Positions 20,004-28,880 of a stretch of 64,000 nucleotides of DNA are shown here, piece after piece; position 1 is the stretch's first letter; each line of letters opens with the position of its first letter. Source of the stretch: Vicinamibacteria bacterium (GTDB lineage Bacteria > Acidobacteriota > Vicinamibacteria > Marinacidobacterales > Marinacidobacteraceae). A program made the position numbers and the translations under genes. The stretch lies in the NCBI GenBank assembly GCA_963555995.3, contig OY821641.1:311399-375398 (forward strand), written 5' to 3'. The notes beneath the pieces were generated by a model that was not told the DNA's origin, made no database searches, and saw nothing but the letters and a program-made list of their open reading frames with translations.

Positions 20004-21278
20004 TCAGTACCCCAGCAGGTTCGGCAGGAAGAGCACTACGTCCGGGAGGAAGGCGATGACCAGGGTGAGCGCCAGCATGAGGGCCAGGTAGGGCCAGAGC
20101 GGGCGGGCGACCTTGGCGGGTTCGACCCCTCCCACCGAGCAGGCCACCAGCAGGCTCACCCCCACCGGCGGGAGGAAGACGGAGATCCCCTGGGTCGCCA
20201 CGATGACGGCGCCGAAGTGCACGGGGTCAATCCCGAGCTGGCGTGCGATGGGGAGCAGGATCGGCGTGAGCATGACGACTGCGGGCACGCCCTCGAGGAT
20301 GGCGCCGAGCGGCAGGAACACCAGGATCGTGAGGATCAGGAAGCCGGCCGCGCCGCCGCCGAGTCCCACCACCGAGGAGGCGAGCGCCTGGGGCACTTCC
20401 TCGACGGCGAGGACCCAGCCCAGCAGGCGGGCGGCGCCCACCACGAAGAGCACCATCCCCGAGACGACGGCGGTCTGGACGACCTTGCTCCAGAGTGCCC
20501 GTGCGGTCAGCGACCGGTAGATCGGACCGGCCAGGAGCAACGCGTAGGCGACGGCGACCGCGGCCGCCTCGGTGGGGGTGAAGAGGCCGAAGCGGATGCC
20601 GCCCAGGATGACCACGATCATGAAGAGCGGCAGCACGGCGTCGAATCCCGCGCGCCGGACCTCCGGGAACGACGCGCGCTCGCCGGCCGGCCATCCCTGC
20701 CGCCGCGCCTGCCACCCGATCTGCGCCATCAGGCCCGCGGCGATGAGGAGCGCGGGCGCGATCGAGGCGACGAACAGGGCGCCGATGGAGACGCCCCCGA
20801 TGACGCCGTAGATCACCATCACGATGGCCGGCGGAATGAGGATCCCCATCCCGCAGGCGGCGGACACGATCGCCGTGGAGCGTTCCCGGTTGTATCCGTT
20901 CGCGGTGAGCTGGGGCACCATGATGCCCCCGATGGCGGCCGCGTCCGCGGACGTGGAGCCCGAGACTCCCGAGAAGAACATCTCGGCCAGGATGACCACC
21001 TGCCCGAGCCCCCCGGGGAGGTGTCCGACGAGCGACCGCGCGAGCGTCACCAGCCGGCGGCTGATCCCGCCGACGTCCATCAGGAAGCCCGCCAGGATGA
21101 AGAGCGGTACCGCGAGCATCGGGAAGGAGTCCATCCCCGCGACGATCTGCTGCGGGACGAGGACGAGCGGGAGGTCCGCCGCCACGATGGCGATGACGGC
21201 GGCGGTGGCGAGCGCGAAGCCGATGGGCACGGCGGCCAGCACCAGCGCGCCGAAGGCGCCCAGGAGGAGGCCGCCCAT
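20004..21278 (-). CDS. dctM: TRAP transporter large permease
   Basis: 424-aa multi-TM protein with the typical DctM N-terminus 'MGGLLLGAFGALVLAAVPIGFALA'. 1-nt overlap with the dctQ stop. Confidence 0.9.
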   Translation of the reverse strand: MGGLLLGAFGALVLAAVPIGFALATAAVIAIVAADLPLVLVPQQIVAGMDSFPMLAVPLFILAGFLMDVGGISRRLVTLARSLVGHLPGGLGQVVILAEMFFSGVSGSTSADAAAIGGIMVPQLTANGYNRERSTAIVSAACGMGILIPPAIVMVIYGVIGGVSIGALFVASIAPALLIAAGLMAQIGWQARRQGWPAGERASFPEVRRAGFDAVLPLFMIVVILGGIRFGLFTPTEAAAVAVAYALLLAGPIYRSLTARALWSKVVQTAVVSGMVLFVVGAARLLGWVLAVEEVPQALASSVVGLGGGAAGFLILTILVFLPLGAILEGVPAVVMLTPILLPIARQLGIDPVHFGAVIVATQGISVFLPPVGVSLLVACSVGGVEPAKVARPLWPYLALMLALTLVIAFLPDVVLFLPNLLGY

Positions 21279-21745
21279 CAGCCGCTCTCCTCGCCGCGGC
21301 CCGCTCCCCCGGCCAGCAGGTGGATCGCCATCAGCGCCCCGGAAACCGGCGCCGCGGCATAGACGAGCGCGATCGGCAGGTCCAGCGCCGCGGAGCGCTC
21401 GTCCAGGGTGAGGTCCATGAGGGCGATCCCGGTGCCGATGAGCAGGAGCGCGAACGCCAGCACGACCGCCCAGGCGATCCGCTCCACGGCGCGCCGCGCC
21501 CGCGGGGCCAGCTTCTTCGTGACCTGGTCGAAGCCGAAGTGGGCCCGGTGCTCCACCGCCAGCGAGGCCCCGAGCAGGGACACCCAGATGAAGGCGAAGC
21601 GCGAGAGCTCCTCGCTCCAGGGGTTCGGGGTGGCGAAGAGGTAGCGCATCAGGACCTGGAGGAGGACCACGGCGCAGACGGTGATGACCAAGGTGCCCGC
21701 GGCGCAGGTCTCGAGCGTCACGAGGATCCGGTTGAGTCGCTTCAT
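21278..21745 (-). CDS. dctQ: TRAP transporter small permease
   Basis: 155 aa, 4 TM. Located between dctP and dctM, with ATGA/TGATG overlaps. Confidence 0.85.
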   Translation of the reverse strand: MKRLNRILVTLETCAAGTLVITVCAVVLLQVLMRYLFATPNPWSEELSRFAFIWVSLLGASLAVEHRAHFGFDQVTKKLAPRARRAVERIAWAVVLAFALLLIGTGIALMDLTLDERSAALDLPIALVYAAAPVSGALMAIHLLAGGAGRGEESG

Positions 21746-22863
21746 TCGTTGCGCCGTCCCCGGTTGGGTGGGCGCGAAGCGGGTGTTTGCGTCTGCGAGT
21801 CTCGCGTCGCTTCGCTCCGCGATGCCGGTCTGAAGACCGGCGCTCCCGTGTGTTCCGCCTCCGCCACCAGCCGGGTGATCAACGCCTCGCCGTCCGGCAG
21901 GCGGGCGGCCAACTCATCCCGGATGCGCGGCTTGACGGCCGGGGCGAACGGCGCCAGGTCCGGGCGCGAGATCTCCACGTCGTTCGCACGCATTTCGGAG
22001 ATCGCCTCCGCCTCCATCCGGCGGGCGACCTCGCTCTGATAGGCGAGCGCGTCCGCCGCCGAGCGGTCCACGGTCTCCCGGACGTCCGGCGGCAGCGAGC
22101 GGTAGAACGGCTCGTGCACCAGCAGCGTGATCGGGTTGTAGGTGATGGAGGTGAAGCTGTAGAACTTCGCCACCTCGTAGAGCCGGCTGCTCACGAACCC
22201 GACGGCGTTCGCCTCCCCGCCGTCAATCACGCCCTGCTGGAGCGCCGAATAGACCTCGCCGTAGTTCATCGGCGTCGCCTGGACCCCCAGCGCCGAATAG
22301 GCCGCGAGATACGTCGCGTTCTGGAGGACTCGCAGCTTGAGGCCGGCCAGGTCCCCGGGCGCCTCGACCGATCTCCGCCGGTTGTACACGTGGCGGAACC
22401 CGTAGTCGAGGAACCCGAGCGAGCGGACGCCGGTGCGCTCGAGGAGGAGATCCCGCCACCAGTCCCCGACGGAGCCCTGCATCACCCGGAGCCCGTGGTC
22501 CCGCGTCTCGAAGAGGAACGGGAGGTCGAACACCTGGGTCTCCGGCACCCAGCCGGAGAGCACCGGGGTACCCGTGATCGCCACCTGCACCGCGCCGGCC
22601 TGGATCTGCTCGAAGGCGACCCGCTCGCCGCCGAGCTGTCCCGACGGATAGATGACGACCCGGAAGCGCCCGCCGGTCCGCTCGTCCATGAGGTCCCGGA
22701 AGCGCTCCGCCATGAGGTGGAACTCCGAGCTGGTCGAGAGCACGTGGGAGAAGCGGACGGTCCAGGTGGGCGGATCGGGTCCGGGCCCGCCGCACGACAG
22801 CGCGAGGAGCGCGGATAGCGCCGGACCAGAACCGACACGAGCGAGCGCACCTCGCGCGATCAC
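21742..22863 (-). CDS. dctP: TRAP transporter solute-binding protein (with REP-encoded C-terminal extension)
   Basis: 'IYPSGQLGGERVAFEQIQAGAVQVAITG', 'VFDLPFLF'. The last 40 or so codons run through a REP module at 21823..21847. Confidence 0.85.
   Translation of the reverse strand: MIARGALARVGSGPALSALLALSCGGPGPDPPTWTVRFSHVLSTSSEFHLMAERFRDLMDERTGGRFRVVIYPSGQLGGERVAFEQIQAGAVQVAITGTPVLSGWVPETQVFDLPFLFETRDHGLRVMQGSVGDWWRDLLLERTGVRSLGFLDYGFRHVYNRRRSVEAPGDLAGLKLRVLQNATYLAAYSALGVQATPMNYGEVYSALQQGVIDGGEANAVGFVSSRLYEVAKFYSFTSITYNPITLLVHEPFYRSLPPDVRETVDRSAADALAYQSEVARRMEAEAISEMRANDVEISRPDLAPFAPAVKPRIRDELAARLPDGEALITRLVAEAEHTGAPVFRPASRSEATRDSQTQTPASRPPNRGRRNE
21823..21847 (+). repeat. REP-like H2 module inside the dctP 3' end
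   Basis: 'tgccggtctgaagaccggcgctccc'. Confidence 0.8.
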
Positions 22864-22912
22864 GAGTCGTCGGTTCCTGTTTCGATGTCAACCCCAGGCG
22901 CGTCGAGCACCA

Positions 22913-23143
22913 TCAGAGGGACTCACGGCCTTCCCGAATGATTGCGGCGAGGTCCACGTCCGGTTCGAGGATGGGGCGAGCGCGGATGCGATCCAGCACT
23001 TCCTGCCGGCTCGGGCGCTCCAGATGCGCATGGATCATCCGGAGGAGATAGCCCGACAAGGTGAATCCCTCGGCGGCGGCGCGCGCCTTCAGGGCTCGGT
23101 GGGTCGCCGGCGGGACATTGCGGATCTGGATGTGCCGGTTCAT
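22913..23143 (-). CDS. ribbon-helix-helix antitoxin-like protein (VapB/FitA-like), orphan
   Basis: 'MNRHIQIRNVPPATHRALKARAAAEGFTLSGYLLRMI'. No PIN or other toxin gene follows it (dctP starts 50 nt downstream). Confidence 0.7.
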   Translation of the reverse strand: MNRHIQIRNVPPATHRALKARAAAEGFTLSGYLLRMIHAHLERPSRQEVLDRIRARPILEPDVDLAAIIREGRESL

Positions 23144-23157
23144 TCGGTTTCGGGTGA

Positions 23158-23922
23158 TCAGGCGCCCCAGATCGTCTGGCCGGCGTCTATGAACAGGCTG
23201 GCGCCGGTCACGAGGCGCGCCTCGTCGTTCGACGCGAGGTACACCACGGCCGCCACCAGGTCGTCGGGGACGCCGATCTCCCCGAGCGGGATGCGGGCGA
23301 GCCGGCGCTGCCGGAAGTCGTCCCGGGCGATGTCGGCCCGGTTCATGTCGGTCTCGATCAGGCCCGGAGCGATCGCGTTCACCCGGATCCGATGCGGCGC
23401 GAGTTCCAGCGCGAGCTGCTTGGTCAGCATCTCGACGCCGGCCTTGGATACGCAGTAGTGGGTCAGGTTCGGGGCGGCCACTGCCTGCCCGGCGGAGGAC
23501 ACGTTGACGATGGCGCCCGGCGTCCCGTCCGCGACCATGCGGCGCGCCACCGCCTGGCCGACCAGGAAGTAGCCCTTCAGGTTGACGTCCAGGATGGCGT
23601 CCCACTCCTCCTCGGTGATCTCGAGGAGGGGCGTCCGCTTCAGGACGCCGGCGTTGTTGACCAGGACGTCGAGGCCGCCCAGGAAGCCGTGCGCCTCGGC
23701 GACGATGCGCTCCACGTCCGCCCGGGAGTCGGTGGAGCCCTGGACCGCGCAGGCCCGCCGCCCCAGCGCCTCGATCTCGCGGACGGCGCGCTCGGCGTCC
23801 GCGCGGCTGCCCCGGCAGCCCACCGCCACGTCCGCCCCCTCGCGGGCGAGCCCGAGGGCGATGGCCCGGCCGATGCTGCGAGAGCCGCCGGTGACGAGGG
23901 CGCGCTTGCCTGCGAGACGCAT
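23158..23922 (-). CDS. SDR family oxidoreductase (FabG-like)
   Basis: 'ALVTGGSRSIGRA', 'NNAGV', 'YCVSKAG' (YxxxK), 'PGLIETDM'. Confidence 0.9.
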   Translation of the reverse strand: MRLAGKRALVTGGSRSIGRAIALGLAREGADVAVGCRGSRADAERAVREIEALGRRACAVQGSTDSRADVERIVAEAHGFLGGLDVLVNNAGVLKRTPLLEITEEEWDAILDVNLKGYFLVGQAVARRMVADGTPGAIVNVSSAGQAVAAPNLTHYCVSKAGVEMLTKQLALELAPHRIRVNAIAPGLIETDMNRADIARDDFRQRRLARIPLGEIGVPDDLVAAVVYLASNDEARLVTGASLFIDAGQTIWGA

Positions 23923-24024
23923 GGGGATCGGCGGTCCCGCCGCAGGAGACCGCGAGCGGCCTAACGTAAGCGCCGGGGCCGGGATTTGCAATGCGGCCGC
24001 GCCCTGGCCTCGGCGCGTTCCTCC

Positions 24025-25308
24025 CTACCGTGCCCCGATCGCCGCGAGCCCGGCCTCGAGTCGCCGTTCGGCCTTCGCGTCGCCGGCGAAGCGGAGCAGC
24101 CCGCGCCGGAGCAGCCGCTGCGCTTCGACGGCGTTGCCGCCCTCCCGGAAGACGCGCGCCACCAGCAGATGACGTTCCGGGTCTTCGGGGACCTCGATCA
24201 GGAAGCGCTGGGCGGCCCGCAGCGCCAGCCCGAAGTCCCGGTTCCGGAGCGCGTGGTTCACGAACGCGGCCACCGCGGGGAAATCGCCGGGCCGCAGCTC
24301 GGCCTCGGCGAGCAGCCGCGTGGACTCGGCGTCCATCGCGTTGCGGCGCTCGAACTCGGCGAACAGGGGCGTTGCTTCCTCCGGCCTCCCGGCCCGGCTG
24401 AGCAACTGTGCCAGGCGGAAGCGCGCCTCGTTGAGCGCGCCGTCCGCCAGGAGCGCCCGGCGGAACGCTTCCTCGGCTTCCTGCGTCCGTCCGGCATCCT
24501 GGTGGGCTTGGGCCAGCGCGAGCCGGGCCAGGGCGTTCTCCGGAGTGGCCGCGAGGACCCTTTCAAGGATCGGGAGCGCCTCCGGGGACCGCCCGAGCTT
24601 CACCAGGATCCGGGCCAGCCGCAGCGCCGCCGGCCCGCCGGGGCCGGTCGCATCCACCAGCGGGCGAAGCATCGCGAGCGCCTCGCTCCCCCGGCCGCCA
24701 CTGTCGAGGAGTTCGGCCCGGAGAAGGAGCGCCGCCGGGTTCTCCGGATCGCGGCGCAGCAGCGCGTCCGTCACCGCCGCCGCTTCGTCGAAACGGCTGG
24801 ACCGGGCCAGGATCACGGCCCGGGCGTAGGCCGCGCGCGGGTCCGTGGGGTGGCGTTCGAACCGGGCAAGGGCGCGCTGGTCGGCATGCAGCTCCATGAG
24901 CAGCCAGCCGGCCTCGACGTCCGCCAGCGAGTCTCCCGGCGGCCTCGTCCGCGCGCCCCGGTCGAAAGCTTCCAGCGCGTCGAGCGGGCGGAGACCACGC
25001 CGCAGCAGGACGCCGGCCGCGATCCAGCCGTCGGAACCGAGGTCGCCGGCGTGTTGGAACACGGCCTCGACGACGTGGGGATGCGGCGCGGCGCGGCGGA
25101 CGAGATTCCACAGCACGTTCCGTCCCTCGGAGGACTCCGGATCGGCGGCGAAGCTCTCGACGAGCGGCGGGACCGCCCGCGCGGCCTCTCCGGCGGCCAA
25201 CAGCCGCCGCGCTTCGCCGAGCGGCTGCCCGGCCGAGGACTGCGGACCGAGCGCAACCCCCGCAACCAGCACGAATCCCCATGCCGTCAACCGGGGCGCC
25301 CGACACAT
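24025..25308 (-). CDS. tetratricopeptide (TPR) repeat protein, secreted
   Basis: Signal-like N-terminus 'MCRAPRLTAWGFVLVAGVALG'. Repeated A/L/R-rich 34-aa units ('ALARLALAQAHQDAGRTQEAEEAFRRAL'). The upstream part of the track ORF was rejected. Confidence 0.75.
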   Translation of the reverse strand: MCRAPRLTAWGFVLVAGVALGPQSSAGQPLGEARRLLAAGEAARAVPPLVESFAADPESSEGRNVLWNLVRRAAPHPHVVEAVFQHAGDLGSDGWIAAGVLLRRGLRPLDALEAFDRGARTRPPGDSLADVEAGWLLMELHADQRALARFERHPTDPRAAYARAVILARSSRFDEAAAVTDALLRRDPENPAALLLRAELLDSGGRGSEALAMLRPLVDATGPGGPAALRLARILVKLGRSPEALPILERVLAATPENALARLALAQAHQDAGRTQEAEEAFRRALLADGALNEARFRLAQLLSRAGRPEEATPLFAEFERRNAMDAESTRLLAEAELRPGDFPAVAAFVNHALRNRDFGLALRAAQRFLIEVPEDPERHLLVARVFREGGNAVEAQRLLRRGLLRFAGDAKAERRLEAGLAAIGAR

Positions 25309-25383
25309 TTTGCTCGATGACCGGCCACAGAATACTCTCCGCCGATGCGGGAAGGGCTCGGACCATCTCGGGCAGTTTCGGCC

Positions 25384-26991
25384 ATGAGGCCCGCCGTTCG
25401 CGCGGCCGTCGCCGGCATGCTCGTTTGCCTCTCCGTCCACGCGGCGGCCCAGGAGCAGGAGGCGGCCGGCCCGTCCTTTCCTTCCGATGACCCCGTGCTC
25501 CGGGCGATCTGGGAGGAGGGCGTCGAGCGCTCCCAGGTGATGGAACTCGGCCAGGTGATGATGGACGTGATCGGGCCGCGCCTGACCGGCTCGCCGGGAA
25601 TGGCCGCCGCCAACGACTGGGCGGTCGAGAAGTTCGAGGAGTGGGGCATCGAGGCGTATCAGGAGCAGTACGGGACCTGGCGGGCATGGGAGCGGGGGAT
25701 CAGCCACATTGATCTCGTCGCGCCGCGGGTGCGCACGCTGGAGGGCATGGCGGCCGCCTGGAGCCCGGCCACCGACGGGCCGGTCGAGGCGGGCGTGGTG
25801 ATCCTCGCCGACGCGGACACCCCCGAGGCGTTCGCGGCGTGGCTCCCCGAAGCGCGCGGCAAGTTCGTGCTGGTCTCCCCGCCGGTGGCGAGCTGCCGCC
25901 CGCGGGACAACCTGGAGTGGTTCGCCCGGCCCGAGACGCTCGCCCGCATGGCCGGGGAAGCGGAGCGCCTGGTCGAGGACTGGGGCGACCGCTACGAGAG
26001 CGCGGGCATCGAGGGGCGCCGGCTGCCGGAAGCGCTGGACGCCGCCGGGGCCGCCGGGATCATCCGGTCACAGTGGTCCGAGGGCTGGGGCGTCATCAAG
26101 GTCTTCGGGACCAATCTGGAACGGACCCCGGTGCTGGACCTGAGCTGCGAGGCCTACGGGCTCGTCTTCCGGCTGGCCCAGAACGGCCAGGACCCGGTGC
26201 TGCGGGTGGACGCCCGGGCCGAGTTCCTCGGCGAGACGCCCGTCTTCACGGCCTTCGCGAAGATCCCGGGCGCCGCGGAACCGGAGGAGTTCGTGATCCT
26301 CGGGGGCCACTACGACTCCTGGGACGGCTCGTCCGGGGCGCTCGACAACGGCACCGGCGCGGTCGCCATCATGGAGGCGATGCGCATCCTGAAGGCGGCG
26401 GTCCCGAACCCGCGCCGCACCATCCTCGGCGCGCTCTGGAACGGCGAGGAGCAGGGCCTCAACGGGTCCCGCGCCTTCGTGGAGGACCACCCCGAGATCC
26501 TCGAACGCACCCATACGGTCTTCAACATCGATCACGGGACCGGGCCGGTCACCTTCATCCCGATGCAGGGGTTTTCCGGCGCCGGGGCGCGCTTCAGCGA
26601 GTGGCTGGCGCAGATCCCGAGCGAGCTGTCGGATCTCGTCACCCTCGAGATTCCGGGGATGCCGGAAGCCGGCGGGACGGACCACGCGTCGTTCCTCTGC
26701 GCCGGGGTGCCGGCGTTCAGCTTCCACGTGGGGGACGGCCGGGGGGAGCACCTCCCGATGGGCACGAACCGCTGGGACACGAGCATCTACACCTGGCACA
26801 CCAACCGGGACAGCTTCGACAAGATCGTCTTCGAAGACCTGCGCGACGACGCGCTGATGACCGCGCTGTTCGCCTACCTGGCGTCCGAGGACGCGGAGCC
26901 GATGCCGCGGGACCGGCGGGCGATGCCGGAGGGCGAGGCGTGGCCGGAGTGCCGCCCGCCGGAGCGCAGCTCGGAGGAGGACGGCCGATGA
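25384..26991 (+). CDS. M28 family metallopeptidase (with PA-like insert)
   Basis: Signal peptide. 'GGHYDSWDGSSGALDNGTG', 'WNGEEQGLNGSRAF', 'GTDHASF', typical M28 zinc ligand blocks. Confidence 0.85.
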   Translation: MRPAVRAAVAGMLVCLSVHAAAQEQEAAGPSFPSDDPVLRAIWEEGVERSQVMELGQVMMDVIGPRLTGSPGMAAANDWAVEKFEEWGIEAYQEQYGTWRAWERGISHIDLVAPRVRTLEGMAAAWSPATDGPVEAGVVILADADTPEAFAAWLPEARGKFVLVSPPVASCRPRDNLEWFARPETLARMAGEAERLVEDWGDRYESAGIEGRRLPEALDAAGAAGIIRSQWSEGWGVIKVFGTNLERTPVLDLSCEAYGLVFRLAQNGQDPVLRVDARAEFLGETPVFTAFAKIPGAAEPEEFVILGGHYDSWDGSSGALDNGTGAVAIMEAMRILKAAVPNPRRTILGALWNGEEQGLNGSRAFVEDHPEILERTHTVFNIDHGTGPVTFIPMQGFSGAGARFSEWLAQIPSELSDLVTLEIPGMPEAGGTDHASFLCAGVPAFSFHVGDGRGEHLPMGTNRWDTSIYTWHTNRDSFDKIVFEDLRDDALMTALFAYLASEDAEPMPRDRRAMPEGEAWPECRPPERSSEEDGR

Positions 26992-28589
26992 GAAACCTCG
27001 TCCTCGCCGGCGCGGTCGCCGCCCTGACGGCGCCCGGCGCCGCCCAGCCCGCCGACCCCCTTCGGATCCAGGAGCACGCGCTCCGCAACGGCTTCACGAT
27101 CCTGCTCGCCGAGGACCACCGCCGGCCGCGGGTGGCCGCCAACCTGTGGGTGCGCGTCGGCTCCATGATCGAACCGGTGGGGCAGCACGGCATCGTCCAC
27201 TTCCTCGAGCACGTCATCCATCAGGGGACGACCACCGTCGGCACCCGCGATCTGGCCGCGGAGTTGCCCATCCTCCAGGAGATCCACGACACCGAGCAGG
27301 AGCTCATCGCGCTCCGCAACCGCGAGCGCAACCGGCTCCGGGAGCGGGCCGTCTTCTACGACGAGCTCGACTGGCCGATGACACCCGAGATGGAGGCGCT
27401 GCGGCAGCGGCTCTATGAACTCGAGGACCAGGACGACGAGTACCGCGACTTCTGGACCTCCTACAAGTGGTACATGCAGAGCGGCGGGTACGTGCGCCAC
27501 ACCGACCCGGTGCCGGCCAGCACCGAGCAGGACTACATGGAGATGAACATGGCGCTCCCGCCCGAGCACCTCGAACTCTTCTTCCGGCTCGAGGCGGACC
27601 GGCTGGTCAACGCGGTCCTGCGGGGCTGGGAGTCGCAGCGCTTCACCGTGGTGGAGCAGATCCTCGGGGGCAAGAGCCGGCCGCAGACCCGCTTCAACGA
27701 GTCCATGGACGGCGTCACCGCCCAGATCCACCCGGTCTTCGTCCCCGACGGCGGGCACATCCGCGACTTCGGGAACTTCACCCGGGAGGCCATGCACCGC
27801 ATCTACGACGACTACTTCGTCCCCAACAACGCGACGCTCGTACTGGTGGGCGACGTGACGATGGACGAGGTCCTGCCCTTGGCCGAGCGCTACTTCGGCG
27901 TGCTGCCCCGCGGGCCCGAGCCCCCGCTCGATCTGGACGTCGAGGCCGAGCCGACGCCCACCGGCGCCGTTCGGCTCGACTGGACGGAGCCGCTCTCGCC
28001 GCAGGTCCATCTCCGCTACCGCGTCCCGGGCATGGGCCACCCCGACCGGCCGGTCTTCGATCTCATCGCCGCGCTGCTGAGCGGGCCGCACGGGATGGCC
28101 GGACAGACGCTGGCGGCGCGGGGAGTTTCCGCGTCGGTCGCGGCCGACTTCCGGGTCATCCACACCTACCGCTTCGGCTCGCCCGGGGCGTTCAACCTGG
28201 TGGCGCACGCGGAGCGCGACGGCGACCTCGCGGCGGTCGAGAGCGCGCTGCTGGATTCGGTCGCCGACCTCCGGGAGGGACAGGTGGACGCCGACGCCTT
28301 CGCGCGGGCGAAGAAGCGCCTCCGCGTCGAGTGGGCCGAGCTCCTCGACAACACCCAGGAACTCGCCTTCCTGATCGGCCACCACCACACCATGAACCAC
28401 TGGAGCGTGCTGCCCGACCTCATCGAGGCGCGGGACGCGGCAACGCCCGAGGACATCCAGCGGGTCGCCGCGGCCTACTTCGTCCCCTCCAACCGGGTCA
28501 TCGCGACGGCCCGCGCCGAGCCCCCCGACGACAGCGGTCCGAGCTGGCTCGACTTCGCGTGGTCCAAGCTGCGGGGGCAGGAGCGATGA
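26988..28589 (+). CDS. M16 (pitrilysin/insulinase) family peptidase, catalytic-type
   Basis: Inverted zinc motif HxxEH in 'GIVHFLEHVIHQGT'. The ATG overlaps the M28 stop (ATGA). Confidence 0.85.
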   Translation: MRNLVLAGAVAALTAPGAAQPADPLRIQEHALRNGFTILLAEDHRRPRVAANLWVRVGSMIEPVGQHGIVHFLEHVIHQGTTTVGTRDLAAELPILQEIHDTEQELIALRNRERNRLRERAVFYDELDWPMTPEMEALRQRLYELEDQDDEYRDFWTSYKWYMQSGGYVRHTDPVPASTEQDYMEMNMALPPEHLELFFRLEADRLVNAVLRGWESQRFTVVEQILGGKSRPQTRFNESMDGVTAQIHPVFVPDGGHIRDFGNFTREAMHRIYDDYFVPNNATLVLVGDVTMDEVLPLAERYFGVLPRGPEPPLDLDVEAEPTPTGAVRLDWTEPLSPQVHLRYRVPGMGHPDRPVFDLIAALLSGPHGMAGQTLAARGVSASVAADFRVIHTYRFGSPGAFNLVAHAERDGDLAAVESALLDSVADLREGQVDADAFARAKKRLRVEWAELLDNTQELAFLIGHHHTMNHWSVLPDLIEARDAATPEDIQRVAAAYFVPSNRVIATARAEPPDDSGPSWLDFAWSKLRGQER

Positions 28590-28595
28590 GCGCCG

Positions 28596-28880
28596 GGACC
28601 GCCGGTCTTCAGACCGGCACGCGCGGCGGCTTGGAACGCCGGTCTCCAGACCGGCACGCGCAGCGCTCCGCGCTGCGCACGTCACAACTCCACTCGGAAG
28701 AGGTGGTTCCCGCCTCGGCGCGGAACTCAACGGCGGAGGTGGCACTCACGGCTTGGAACACCGGCCCTCGGCCGGCACGCGGACCGCAGGTCCGCGACGG
28801 CGCTGCGCCACTTTGCCTCACGGGGCGGCCGGCTGGGAGCGCCGGTCTTCAGACCGGCACCGCGACCCGGAGGGCCGCGC
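28596..28880 (-). repeat. cluster of four REP-like modules (all reverse orientation), including about 1.1 copies of the 122-bp long unit
   Basis: H2 cores at about 28601, 28640, 28771 and 28842. Segment 28628..28765 aligns, reverse-complemented, with the 122-bp unit of the 62.8-63.2 kb array. Confidence 0.85.

Noticed and set aside
19855-20091. A 78-aa ORF with a good SD-ATG arrangement after the 19.6-kb REPIN.
   Set aside because: Its 3' half is antisense to the end of dctM. The equivalent SD-start motif at 36,002-36,015 is followed by an unrelated frame that runs into another REPIN. The conserved part is the DNA motif, not a protein.
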